Source: Burkholderiales bacterium (lineage in GTDB: Bacteria; Pseudomonadota; Gammaproteobacteria; Burkholderiales; SG8-39). From it: 41,455 bases of DNA. The notes beneath the pieces were generated by a model. That model did no database searches. It saw only the letters and a list, made by a program, of their open reading frames with translations, and was not told the origin of the DNA. A program made the position numbers and the translations under genes. Shown here one piece after another: positions 13,691-23,316 of the stretch. Numbering within the stretch: the first letter of the stretch is position 1; each line of letters begins with the position of its first letter. The stretch covers positions 1-41,455 of the forward strand of contig CAXNGL010000001.1 of the NCBI GenBank assembly GCA_964201515.1, read 5' to 3'.

Positions 13691-14626
13691 CTATCGCGAT
13701 ACCTTGAGTTCGTCCAATCCCAGCTGCCCCTTCAAGCTCGCGGCGAGCGCCTCGGCTTCGGCACGCGAGGGCAGGTTGGCGAGGCGCACCGCGTAGGCCG
13801 ACTTGTCGCCCTCCTTGACCGGGCGTATCTCGGCCGCATATCCGGCCTCGCGCACGCGGTCATACACCTCCAGCGCCGCCTTCTGCGTGTCGGCGGTCGT
13901 CAGGGTGAGTTTCCACTGCCCGCCGCGACGCACGGCGCCGCGCCCGTCGGCGATGTCGGTCTCCGTGGCCCACTCGCGCAGCTGCGCGGCTGCCACCAGT
14001 CCAACGGGCTGCGAGCGCCCGTTCTCGCGCACATAGAACTGCAGCGGCTGGTCCATGGCGATGGGGGCCTCGTTCTGCGGCGCGACTTCGATCCTGCCTT
14101 CGATGAGACAGACAATCTCGCGATTGGGTGCCGATTTCCCCCACAGGTCAGTACCCCGGATTCCGGCAGTGACGTTGGCCACCTGGATGGTGATCTCCCG
14201 CTTGCCGCGATACCTGGCCAGCGAATCGGTGGTGAAACGGAAGGCGCCTTCCAGCACCTGCATGGTGGCGGCGAATACGTTGCCCGGGCGCTGCTCGGCG
14301 CCGCCCAGCCTGAACGTCGCATTGGCACCCAGCTTGACCGCGCTGCCGTCGCGCGTGCGCAGCAACAGGCGCGAGCCGTTGCCGGTTTTCAAGCGGTCAT
14401 TGTCACGCAGTTCCATCCCCGGATAGAGCGGTTGCGAGCCACCGTCCCGCTCGAGCCAGGCCGGCATCTGCACCGCCTCGACCACCACATTGGCGACGCG
14501 GGGCGCGGGCGCGCTCGCGGCGAGTGCGGGCCCGAGCGGCAGCGTAGCGAATGCCGCGATGGCGAGCGCTGGAGCGAGCAGCCTGGGGAAAGCCAAAAAG
14601 CGCGGAAAAAGAACCTTGGTCTTCAT
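13691..14626 (-). CDS. Secreted FecR-domain / SPOR-domain protein
   Basis: Signal peptide; a FecR-like segment (LRDNDRLKTGNGSRLLLRTRDGSAVKLGANATF); and a C-terminal SPOR-like repeat (WKLTLTTADTQKAALEVYDRVREAGYAAEIRPV...AVRLANLPSRAEAEALAASL). Confidence 0.7.
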   Translation of the reverse strand: MKTKVLFPRFLAFPRLLAPALAIAAFATLPLGPALAASAPAPRVANVVVEAVQMPAWLERDGGSQPLYPGMELRDNDRLKTGNGSRLLLRTRDGSAVKLGANATFRLGGAEQRPGNVFAATMQVLEGAFRFTTDSLARYRGKREITIQVANVTAGIRGTDLWGKSAPNREIVCLIEGRIEVAPQNEAPIAMDQPLQFYVRENGRSQPVGLVAAAQLREWATETDIADGRGAVRRGGQWKLTLTTADTQKAALEVYDRVREAGYAAEIRPVKEGDKSAYAVRLANLPSRAEAEALAASLKGQLGLDELKVSR

Positions 14627-14839
14627 GCCGATCTCCTCATTGGTGTGTCCTGCCGATAGTGTCGGCCATGCCAGGCCCCGCCTTGGTGGGGCCTGTCTAT
14701 GCGAGGAGACACATCCCCTCGCGCGCCCCCTAATTCGGGGCGCCTGACCGCAACTCTGTCAGGCGTTCATACAGGAAGCGGTACAGAAGCGCCGACCCCA
14801 GCGGTTATAATTCACGTTTTCCGCGATATTCGGGCCGCC

Positions 14840-17476
14840 ATGCCACCCCAAGCCTTGAATCCCCACTACCAACCGGAGCGCATCGAGCGCGACGCGCAGG
14901 CGCATTGGGACAAGTCCGCCGCATTCCGGGCCGGCACCGACTCGGGCAAGCCGAAGTATTACTGCCTGTCGATGTTTCCCTACCCCTCGGGCAAGCTGCA
15001 CATGGGGCATGTGAGGAACTATACCATCGGCGACGTCGTCACCCGCTTCCACAAGATGCGCGGCTTCGACGTGCTGCAGCCCATGGGCTGGGACGCCTTC
15101 GGCCTGCCGGCCGAGAATGCCGCCATGGCCAATGGCGTGCCGCCGGCCAAGTGGACCTACGACAACATCGCCTACATGAAGAAGCAGTTGAAGTCGCTGG
15201 GCTTTGCCATCGACTGGGACCGCGAGCTGGCCACCTGCACGCCCGAGTACTACCGCTGGAACCAGTGGCTGTTCCTGCGCATGCTTGAGAAAGGCATTGC
15301 CTACCAGAAGACCGGCACCGTGAACTGGGACCCGGTGGACCAGACCGTGCTCGCCAACGAGCAGGTCATCGACGGGCGCGGCTGGCGCACCGGCGCCGTG
15401 GTCGAGAAGCGCGAAATCCCCATGTATTACTTCGGCATCACCAAGTACGCCGAGGAGCTGCTGTCCGCGCTCGACACGTTGCCCGGCTGGCCCGAGCGCG
15501 TGAAGACCATGCAGGCCAACTGGATCGGCAAGAGCGTCGGCGTCAACCTGGGCTTCCCGTACACGCTGGACGGCCGCCCGGGTGTGCTGCGCGTGTTCAC
15601 CACGCGCGCCGACACCCTGATGGGCGCGACCTTCTGCGCGGTGGCAGCCGAACACCCGCTCGCCACCTACGCCGCCAAGCGCAATCAGGCGCTGGCCGCC
15701 TTCGTCGATGCATGCAAGCGCGGCGCGGTGATGGAAGCCGAACTGGCCACGCAGGAAAAGAAGGGCATGGCGACCGGGCTGTATGTCAACCACCCGATTA
15801 CCGGCGACAAGATCGAAGTCTGGGTGGGCAACTACGTGCTCATGAGTTACGGCGAAGGCGCGGTGATGGGGGTGCCGGCGCACGACGAACGGGACTTCGA
15901 GTTCGCCAAGAAATACCGCCTGCCGATCAAGCAGGTGATCGACATCGCGGGCAAAGCTTATTCCAGCGACGCCTGGGAACCCTGGTACGGCGACTACGGC
16001 CGCTGCGCGCACTCGGGCAAGTACGACGGGCTTGAATACCAGGCCGCGGTCGATGCCATCGCCGCAGACCTGAAAGCCAAAGGACTCGGCGACAAGCAGG
16101 TGACCTGGCGGCTGCGCGACTGGGGCATCTCGCGCCAGCGCTACTGGGGCTGCCCGATCCCGCTGATTCATTGTGCAGCGTGCGGCACGGTGCCGGTGCC
16201 TGACGACCAGTTGCCGGTGAAACTACCCGAAGACCTCGTCCCCGATGGCACAGGAAATCCGCTCAACAAGCACGCAGCCTTCCTCAACTGCGCCTGCCCC
16301 AGATGCGGCAAGCCGGCCAAGCGCGAAACCGACACCATGGACACCTTCGTCGATTCGTCCTGGTACTACATGCGCTATGCCTGCCCGGGCAACGACAAAG
16401 CGATGGTGGACGCCAGCATCAAGCGCTGGCTGCCCGTGGACCAGTACATCGGCGGCATCGAGCACGCCATCCTGCACTTGTTGTATTCGCGCTTCTGGAC
16501 CAAGGTCATGCGCGACCTCGGCCTGGTGGACTTCGATGAGCCGTTCAAGAACCTGCTGTGCCAGGGCATGGTGCTGAACGAGATCTTCTTTCGCAAGGAA
16601 GACCAGGGAAAGATCAGGTACTTCAACCCGATCGACGTGGACCTCACCACCGATGCGGCGGGCAAGCGCACGGGAGCGGTGCTGAGGGCAGACGGGGCGC
16701 CGGTGGAATCAGCCGGCATCGGCACCATGTCGAAGTCGAAGAACAATGGCGTGGACCCGCAGTCGCTGGTGGAGGAATACGGCGCTGACACGGCGCGCTT
16801 CTTCATGATGTTCGCCAGCCCGCCGGAGACGACGCTGCTGTGGTCGGACACCGGTGTGGATGGCTCGGCCAGATTCCTCAAGTCGCTGTGGGCCTTCGCC
16901 GTGGATTATGACCAGACGGTGCGCCCGACGCTCCCGGCAACAAAAACGCTGGCCGGCGCCAAGCTGCTGCAATCGTCAAATGCGGCGCTGGCTGCGACAC
17001 GCCGCGAAATCCACCTCAACCTGCGCCAGGCCAATTACGACCTCGGCCGCTTCCAGTTCAACACCGTGGCCTCGGCGTGCATGAAGATGCTCAACGCGCT
17101 GAAGGCGGCGCCCCGGGACAACCCGACGCTGCATGCTGAAGTGACCGAAGAGGGCCTGTCCATTCTTCTGCGCGTGCTCTCCCCCATCACCCCCCACATC
17201 TGCCACCAGCTCTGGCGCGACCTGGGCTTCGGCGAGGACGTGCTGCGCGCCGCCTGGCCGGAGCCAGCCGAGGCGGCGCTGGTGCAGGACGAGATCGAAC
17301 TGGTGCTGCAAGTGAATGGCAAGTTGCGCGGCCATGTGAAGGCGCCGGCCACGGCCACGCGCGAGGCCATCGAAGCACTGGCGCGTGTGCACGAGGCAGT
17401 GTTGCGACTCGCCGAAGGCAAACCGGTCAAGAAGGTCATCGTGGTGCCGGGAAAACTGGTCAATGTGGTAGTGTGA
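14840..17476 (+). CDS. leuS: Leucyl-tRNA synthetase
   Basis: [14 protein letters not shown] (HIGH) and MSKSKNN (KMSKS) motifs. The start is set at [16 protein letters not shown]; the track ORF begins 47 codons too early. Confidence 0.95.
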   Translation: MPPQALNPHYQPERIERDAQAHWDKSAAFRAGTDSGKPKYYCLSMFPYPSGKLHMGHVRNYTIGDVVTRFHKMRGFDVLQPMGWDAFGLPAENAAMANGVPPAKWTYDNIAYMKKQLKSLGFAIDWDRELATCTPEYYRWNQWLFLRMLEKGIAYQKTGTVNWDPVDQTVLANEQVIDGRGWRTGAVVEKREIPMYYFGITKYAEELLSALDTLPGWPERVKTMQANWIGKSVGVNLGFPYTLDGRPGVLRVFTTRADTLMGATFCAVAAEHPLATYAAKRNQALAAFVDACKRGAVMEAELATQEKKGMATGLYVNHPITGDKIEVWVGNYVLMSYGEGAVMGVPAHDERDFEFAKKYRLPIKQVIDIAGKAYSSDAWEPWYGDYGRCAHSGKYDGLEYQAAVDAIAADLKAKGLGDKQVTWRLRDWGISRQRYWGCPIPLIHCAACGTVPVPDDQLPVKLPEDLVPDGTGNPLNKHAAFLNCACPRCGKPAKRETDTMDTFVDSSWYYMRYACPGNDKAMVDASIKRWLPVDQYIGGIEHAILHLLYSRFWTKVMRDLGLVDFDEPFKNLLCQGMVLNEIFFRKEDQGKIRYFNPIDVDLTTDAAGKRTGAVLRADGAPVESAGIGTMSKSKNNGVDPQSLVEEYGADTARFFMMFASPPETTLLWSDTGVDGSARFLKSLWAFAVDYDQTVRPTLPATKTLAGAKLLQSSNAALAATRREIHLNLRQANYDLGRFQFNTVASACMKMLNALKAAPRDNPTLHAEVTEEGLSILLRVLSPITPHICHQLWRDLGFGEDVLRAAWPEPAEAALVQDEIELVLQVNGKLRGHVKAPATATREAIEALARVHEAVLRLAEGKPVKKVIVVPGKLVNVVV

Positions 17477-17480
17477 TCTG

Positions 17481-18002
17481 ATGGCTGTCTTTTCCAGACC
17501 GAACCTTCGACGAGCACCCCGCGCATTGGCGGCACTCGCCCTCGCATTCGCGCTGTCGGGCTGCGGTTTCCAGCTGCGCGGACAGACCACGCTGCCCTTC
17601 GCCACGCTGTACGTGCCCGGCACCACCGCCCTGGCGGTGGAACTCAAGCGCAATATCGCCAGCGGCACGCAGACCAAGCTGGTCGATGCCCCGGACAAGG
17701 CCCAGGCGCAGCTGATCATGTCCGCCGACCAGCGCGAAAAAGTGATCCTGTCGTTCAACACCGCCGGGCGTGTGCGCGAGTTCCAGCTCAAGTACAAGTT
17801 CGCTTTCCGCGTGGTCGACGCGCGCGGGCGTGAATACCTCCCGGAAAACGAGATCACGCTCACGCGCGACATCTCGTTCAACGACTCGCAGGTGCTTGCC
17901 AAGGAAACCGAGGAAGGCCTCCTGTACCGCGACATGCAGTCGGACATGGTGCAGCAGATCCTGCGCCGGCTCGGCAGCGCGCGCGTGACGCCGGAAGGCT
18001 AG
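17481..18002 (+). CDS. lptE: LPS-assembly lipoprotein LptE (RlpB)
   Basis: Lipobox LSGCGFQLRG and the conserved position directly after leuS. Confidence 0.85.
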   Translation: MAVFSRPNLRRAPRALAALALAFALSGCGFQLRGQTTLPFATLYVPGTTALAVELKRNIASGTQTKLVDAPDKAQAQLIMSADQREKVILSFNTAGRVREFQLKYKFAFRVVDARGREYLPENEITLTRDISFNDSQVLAKETEEGLLYRDMQSDMVQQILRRLGSARVTPEG

Positions 18003-18102
18003 ATGGTTCGCACCCTCGAGGGCGCAGTCACGAACATGTACTCCCGCGTACTCGCTACTTCCAGCCTCCTGACAGCAAAGCTGTCGGGAGCCTAGGCACA
18101 AC

Positions 18103-19107
18103 ATGCCCTCCCTGCGCGCGGACCAGCTCGAGGCGAGCCTGTCCCGCGGCCTTGCCCCGCTGTACCTGCTGCACGGCGATGAACCGCTGCTGTCCATGGA
18201 AGCGGGCGACGCCATCCGCAAGAAGGCGCGCGCCGAGGGTTTCTCGGAACGCGATGTGCTGGTAGTGGACCGCAGCTTCAACTGGGGCGCGCTGCGTTCG
18301 GCCGGCGCCAGCTTGTCGCTGTTTGGGGATCGGAAAATCGTCGAGTTGCGCCTCCCCAGCGGCAAGCCCGGCACGCAGGGCGGCGAAATCATCGTCGAAT
18401 ACTGCAAGTCGCTGTCGCCCGAAGTGCTCACCGTGGTCACCATTCCGCGCCTGTTCAAGCGCGACCAGTCGGCCGCCTGGTTCACGGCCCTGGCGCGCGT
18501 CGGCAGCAGCGTGGAGATTTACCCCATCGAGCGTGCGCGCCTGCCGGAGTGGATCGCCGGCCGCCTGGCCAGGCAAAAACAACGCGCCGACAAGGACACC
18601 CTCGCCTTCATGGCCGACAGCGTGGAGGGCAACCTGCTCGCGGCGCACCAGGAAATCCAGAAGCTCGGGCTGCTCCTTCCCCCCGGCGAACTGTCGTTCG
18701 ATACGGTGCGCGATACGGTGCTCAATGTGGCGCGCTACGATGCCGCCAAGCTCACCGAGGCGATGATGGCCGGCGACAAGGCCCGCCTCGCGCGCATGCT
18801 CGACGGCCTCAAGGGCGAAGGCGAAGCGCCACCACGCATCCTGTGGGTGGTGTCCGAGGAAATCCGCGCCATCGCCCGTGTGCAGCACGGTCTCGCGCAG
18901 GGACGTCCCCTCGCCGATGTCTGCCGCGAGAGTCGCGTCTGGGGCGAACCACGCACTTCCCTGGTCGGGCGCGCGGCCAAGCGCGTCGCGCGCGAAGCGC
19001 TGCTGGCGGCCATATCGCATGCGGCGCGCATCGATCGCATGGTCAAGGGCGTGGCCAAGGGGGATGTCTGGGATGAATTGTTGCAGCTGGGATTGCGGTT
19101 GGGGTAA
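18103..19107 (+). CDS. holA: DNA polymerase III delta subunit
   Basis: LAPLYLLHGDEPLL..., 334 aa, leuS-lptE-holA synteny. Confidence 0.88.
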   Translation: MPSLRADQLEASLSRGLAPLYLLHGDEPLLSMEAGDAIRKKARAEGFSERDVLVVDRSFNWGALRSAGASLSLFGDRKIVELRLPSGKPGTQGGEIIVEYCKSLSPEVLTVVTIPRLFKRDQSAAWFTALARVGSSVEIYPIERARLPEWIAGRLARQKQRADKDTLAFMADSVEGNLLAAHQEIQKLGLLLPPGELSFDTVRDTVLNVARYDAAKLTEAMMAGDKARLARMLDGLKGEGEAPPRILWVVSEEIRAIARVQHGLAQGRPLADVCRESRVWGEPRTSLVGRAAKRVAREALLAAISHAARIDRMVKGVAKGDVWDELLQLGLRLG

Positions 19108-19166
19108 GCGGTCGCCCGAACCGTGGCGGGGACAGCAGCGTCCCCAGGATCGGGAAATATGGATGT

Positions 19167-19186
19167 CAGCAATTAGATAATTGCTG
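19167..19186. promoter_or_regulatory. Perfect 9+9 palindrome CAGCAATTA-GA-TAATTGCTG inside an A+T-rich patch
   Basis: Read directly. It sits in the holA/ICMT-like intergenic region, which is much more A+T-rich than its surroundings. Confidence 0.3.
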
Positions 19187-19411
19187 TCTAATTGACGTGG
19201 ATTAAATCTATTATCTGTTAGTATTCAATGGGCCTTGACCAAGACCCGGGCGTGTCCTCGTGGGCGCGCCGTTGATCGACGTCCCCGCCAACCAGCCCAG
19301 CTTCGCCCCCGACGACATCGGACCGCAGTGGGTGTTTGCGCCTGGCTCAGGGACGAAGAGGCGTGGTGCCTTGCGGCCTACCAACATGCCGGCGCCGGCT
19401 GAGCGCGCGAC

Positions 19412-19873
19412 ATGCCATCACTGGAACTGAAGATCCCGCCGCCGGTCGTGGGCCTCGCGTGCGCGGCGGCCATGTGGTTCCTGTCGACGGTCACGCCGGC
19501 GCTCGATATCCCCGCGGCGACCCGCATCGGTGGCGGCATCGTCATCGCCCTCGTCGGCGCCGCCTTCGACCTGGCGGGCCTGTTGTTCTTCCTGCGCGCG
19601 AAGACCACGGTGAACCCGCTGAAGCCAGCCAAGACCACGGCACTCGTGACCTCCGGCGTCTACCGCATCTCGCGCAACCCGATGTATGTCGGCATGCTGT
19701 TGATGCTCATGGCGTGGGCATTGTTCCTGGCCGCGCCATGGGCCATCACGGGGCCACTGGTGTTCTTTGCCTGGATCGGCCGCTTCCAGATCGCTCCTGA
19801 AGAGCGGGTGCTGGAAAAATTGTTCGATGAAGACTACACGGCGTACAGGCGCAGGGTTCGCCGCTGGCTGTGA
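19412..19873 (+). CDS. Isoprenylcysteine carboxyl methyltransferase (ICMT)-family membrane protein
   Basis: LVTSGVYRISRNPMYVGMLLMLMAWAL...EERVLEKLFDEDYTAYRRRVRRWL, hydrophobic, 153 aa. Confidence 0.8.
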   Translation: MPSLELKIPPPVVGLACAAAMWFLSTVTPALDIPAATRIGGGIVIALVGAAFDLAGLLFFLRAKTTVNPLKPAKTTALVTSGVYRISRNPMYVGMLLMLMAWALFLAAPWAITGPLVFFAWIGRFQIAPEERVLEKLFDEDYTAYRRRVRRWL

Positions 19874-19915
19874 GACCGCGATTCGTTCAGCCCGGCAGAG
19901 ATGGGAAAACACTGA

Positions 19916-19937
19916 ACAAGGGGGCCTGCCCCCTTGT
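19916..19937 (+). terminator. GC-rich hairpin after the ICMT-like gene
   Basis: acaagggggc ct gcccccttgt (perfect 10-bp arms). It has no clear U tract. Confidence 0.4.
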
Positions 19938-20078
19938 AAATCCCCCGACTTCAGAAGGAAGCTTGCCTTGGCTTTCACATCTTTTGGGACTTAATCAGCG
20001 CTTCCTTAGGAGCCAACGAACGCCATGACCGCCCGTCCTCTGTGACGTAGTATTCGCCGGATGCACTCACGGCTTGCC

Positions 20079-21662
20079 ATGCCAGACGACTTCAATCCCA
20101 ACGCCCAGATCAGCGCGCTGATCGAATACCACGCACGCCGGCGCCCGGACGATGACGCGCTGATATTCGAGGGCTTTCGACTGTCTTGGGCTGAGTTCGA
20201 CCGGCAGGCCAACCAGGTGGCCAACGGCATCATCGGGAGCGGGGTGCGCAAGTCGGAAAAAGTGGCCATCCTCGCCGAGAATTCGCTGGCGTACTTCGTC
20301 ACGCTGTTCGCCATCATCCGCGCCGGCAATTGCGCCGTGCCGCTCTCGGGCATGGCCGATGCGGGCTCGCTCAAGCTGATGCTGGCGGATTGCGGGGCGC
20401 GGATGCTCTTCGCCTCGGAGCGCATGCTGGCGCTGGCCGAGCAGGCGCGCGCCGGCAATCCGCTGCTGCCTGACGAGCGATGCATCGTCTTCGACGCGGC
20501 TGCGGACGCCGCCATTTCCGGTTGGGTCGATTACGCATCCTGGCTGCAGAAGCAGCCGCGCACAAACCCTGGCGTGCCGGTCGATGAATCCGACCCGTTT
20601 TACCTGATCTACTCCTCGGGAACGACCGGTGTTCCCAAGGGCATCCTGCACAGCCATTTCTCGCGCAAGTCGTACTGGACGGCGCGCATCGGCTATCGGT
20701 TCGGCGAGCAGACGCGCATGCTCATCTCCACGCCGCTGTACTCGAACACCACGCAGTTCGCGCTGTTGCCAGCCGTTGCCTGGGGCGGTGCGGTGGTCCT
20801 GATGCGAAAGTCGGACGCCAGGACTTATCTGGAACTCGCGCAGCGCGAGCGCGCCACCCACACCATGCAGGTGCCGGTGCAATACCGCAGGCTGCGCGAA
20901 ATCGCCGACTTCGACAGCTATGACCTGTCGTCATTCGTCTGGAAATTCTCCACCTCCGCACCGCTGTCGGCCGACCTGAAGCGCTGGCTGATCACCGACT
21001 GGCCGGGCCGCTTCACGGAGGTCTACGGCATGACCGAGGGCGGCGTCGGCTGCATGCTGCAGGCACACGATCACCCGGACAAGCTGCATACGGTGGGCAT
21101 CCCCATCCCGGGCATGCAATTTCGCATCGTCGATGCACAGATGCGCGAAGTGCCGCGCGGCGACGCCGGCGAATTGATTGGCCACTCGGCGTACATGATG
21201 GACGGCTACTTCAACAAGCCGGAGGAGACCGCGCAGGCGCGCTGGATCGATGAACAAGGCCGGGCCTGGCAGCGCAGCGGCGACATCGGCCGCATGGATG
21301 AGGATGGTTTCGTCATCCTGCTCGACCGCACCAAGGACATGATCATCTCCGGCGGCTTCAACATCTACAGCGCCGACCTCGAGGGCGTGCTGGCGCAGCA
21401 TCCGGACGTGCGCGACTGCGCGGTGATCGGCGTGCCGAGCGAGGCCTGGGGCGAGACGCCGCTCGCGCTGGTGGTCAAGGCCCCCGAGTCAACCCTCACG
21501 CAGCTGGAATTGCTGCGCTGGGCCAATGCGCGCCTGGGCAAGCTGCAGCGCCTGTCCGAGCTGGAATTCCGCGACGAGCTGCCGCGCAGCACCATCGGAA
21601 AACTCCTGAAGCGTGAATTGCGCGAGCCGTACTGGCAGCAACAGGGAAAGCGCATTGCCTGA
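20079..21662 (+). CDS. AMP-dependent acyl-CoA synthetase/ligase (class I adenylate-forming)
   Basis: YLIYSSGTTGVPKGILHSH, YGMTEGG, GDIGRMDEDGFVILLDRTKDMIISGGFNIY. Start set at MPDDFNPNAQ. Confidence 0.9.
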   Translation: MPDDFNPNAQISALIEYHARRRPDDDALIFEGFRLSWAEFDRQANQVANGIIGSGVRKSEKVAILAENSLAYFVTLFAIIRAGNCAVPLSGMADAGSLKLMLADCGARMLFASERMLALAEQARAGNPLLPDERCIVFDAAADAAISGWVDYASWLQKQPRTNPGVPVDESDPFYLIYSSGTTGVPKGILHSHFSRKSYWTARIGYRFGEQTRMLISTPLYSNTTQFALLPAVAWGGAVVLMRKSDARTYLELAQRERATHTMQVPVQYRRLREIADFDSYDLSSFVWKFSTSAPLSADLKRWLITDWPGRFTEVYGMTEGGVGCMLQAHDHPDKLHTVGIPIPGMQFRIVDAQMREVPRGDAGELIGHSAYMMDGYFNKPEETAQARWIDEQGRAWQRSGDIGRMDEDGFVILLDRTKDMIISGGFNIYSADLEGVLAQHPDVRDCAVIGVPSEAWGETPLALVVKAPESTLTQLELLRWANARLGKLQRLSELEFRDELPRSTIGKLLKRELREPYWQQQGKRIA

Positions 21663-21692
21663 TCCCGACCATAACCACTGAAGCGAGGAACC

Positions 21693-22253
21693 ATGAGCCG
21701 ACTGCAACCCCTGAACCCCGAGACCATGAGCGTCGAACAGCGGCGCGTGCACGACATGATTGCCAGCGGCCCGCGCGGACGCGTCGAGGGGCCGCTGCTT
21801 GCGTGGCTGCAGTCGCCCGGCCTCGCCGAGCGCGCGCAGGCGCTGGGCGCGTTCTGCCGCTACGGCACCTGCCTGCCGCCGCGGCTGTCGGAGCTCGCCA
21901 TCCTGGTGACGGCCGAATACTGGCGCGCGCCCTTCGAGTGGTACGCGCATGCGCCCATCGCCGCCAAGGCCGGCCACTGCGCGGAGAACATCGAGGCGCT
22001 GCGCACCGGCCGGGCGCCGTCGTTCACGCAGGAAGACGAGCGCATCGTCTATGACTACGCGCGCGAGCTGCTGCGCACGCGCAAGGTGTCCGATGCCACG
22101 GCGGCGCGCGCGCACCAGACCCTTGGCGACACCGGCGTTGTCGACCTCATCGGCATCCTCGGCTACTACGGCCTCATCTCGATGACCATCAATGCCACGA
22201 AGGTGCCGCTGCCGGCGGGGGAGAAGGACCCTTTCGCAGGTCTTCCCGACTGA
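21693..22253 (+). CDS. Carboxymuconolactone decarboxylase (CMD/AhpD-like) family protein
   Basis: LSELAILVTAEYWRAPFEWYAHAPIAAKAG..., 186 aa. Confidence 0.75.
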   Translation: MSRLQPLNPETMSVEQRRVHDMIASGPRGRVEGPLLAWLQSPGLAERAQALGAFCRYGTCLPPRLSELAILVTAEYWRAPFEWYAHAPIAAKAGHCAENIEALRTGRAPSFTQEDERIVYDYARELLRTRKVSDATAARAHQTLGDTGVVDLIGILGYYGLISMTINATKVPLPAGEKDPFAGLPD

Positions 22254-22344
22254 CCGCCACCCCGGCTCGTCAAGAAAATTAACAGATTCGTTCGGACTAG
22301 AGTCAGCCTGTACATTCGAAATGGGCACATCCAAGGAGGAAACC

Positions 22345-23310
22345 ATGTTCCTGCGCCAGACCGCTGTCGCCATCACCGCACTGTTCTCATTGCTGCTCTC
22401 CGGGCACTCGGCCGCGCAGGCCTACCCGGACAAGCCCATCCGCGTCATCACCAATCTTGCGGCAGCAGCAACCCCCGACAACATGATGCGCGTCATGTCG
22501 CCGGCAATGATTGGCGTGCTGGGGCAACCCATCGTCATGGACAACCGCCCGGGCGCCAGCGGCCGCATCGCCTTCGAGTCCGTCGCCCGCTCGGCGCCGG
22601 ACGGCTACACGGTGCTGGTTTCAAACCAGAACCTGGCGACGGCCAAGGCCTTCATGAAGGATCTCACCTTTGATCCGGTCACCGACCTGCCGCCGATTTC
22701 CATCGTCGCCTCGACGCCGCTGATGTACGCGGCCAACAACCAGCAGCCCTACAAGACCTTCGCCGAGATGGTGAGCTTCGCGAAGTCCAATGCCGGCAAG
22801 GTGTTCCAGGGCCACGGCGGCGTGCAGACCACGCAGAACCTCTTCATGCTGGCCATCAACCAGAAATACGGCACCCAGCTCACCGGCGTGCCCTACAAGG
22901 GCGGCTCGCCGCAGATGTGGCTGGCGGCCTACACCAACGAAACGCAGCTGTCGTTCTTCACCGAAGCCGCCGTGGCGCAGAACGCCGCGCGCATCACGCC
23001 GATCGCGACCACGGGTGACCAGCGGCTGGCGGCATTCCCGAACGTGCCGACGTTCAACGAACTCGGCCTGCCTTCGGTGATCGGCGTGGAGTACATGATG
23101 CATGTCCCCAAGGGCACGCCGCAGCCCGTCGTCGACAAGATGCGCGCCGCCATCAATGCGGCGCTGGCGCGCGACGACGTCAAGGACGCGCTGAAGAAGT
23201 TCGGGCTCTCCGCAGTCGGGTCAACGGCCGCCGTCGCCCAGCAGCGCCACGGCCAGTACACGCAGTTCTTCACCGAGCAGGCGCGCCAGTTCAACATCGA
23301 ACCGGAATAA
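22345..23310 (+). CDS. Bug-family (TctC-like) substrate-binding protein
   Basis: AAGGAGGA RBS, signal peptide, AYPDKPIRVI...VMDNRPGASG. Start set at MFLRQTAV. Confidence 0.9.
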   Translation: MFLRQTAVAITALFSLLLSGHSAAQAYPDKPIRVITNLAAAATPDNMMRVMSPAMIGVLGQPIVMDNRPGASGRIAFESVARSAPDGYTVLVSNQNLATAKAFMKDLTFDPVTDLPPISIVASTPLMYAANNQQPYKTFAEMVSFAKSNAGKVFQGHGGVQTTQNLFMLAINQKYGTQLTGVPYKGGSPQMWLAAYTNETQLSFFTEAAVAQNAARITPIATTGDQRLAAFPNVPTFNELGLPSVIGVEYMMHVPKGTPQPVVDKMRAAINAALARDDVKDALKKFGLSAVGSTAAVAQQRHGQYTQFFTEQARQFNIEPE

Positions 23311-23316
23311 CCGGCC

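Noticed and set aside
14699-14839. Upstream extensions of track ORFs: leuS from 14699, the Phd antitoxin from 2975, the toxin from 2484, the Bug gene from 22192, the SnoaL-like gene from 32401, BVMO2 from 37886 and the DUF35 gene from 29300.
   Set aside because: The conserved N-termini and RBS-like sequences support internal starts. The extensions are Arg/Pro-rich and run across intergenic signals.
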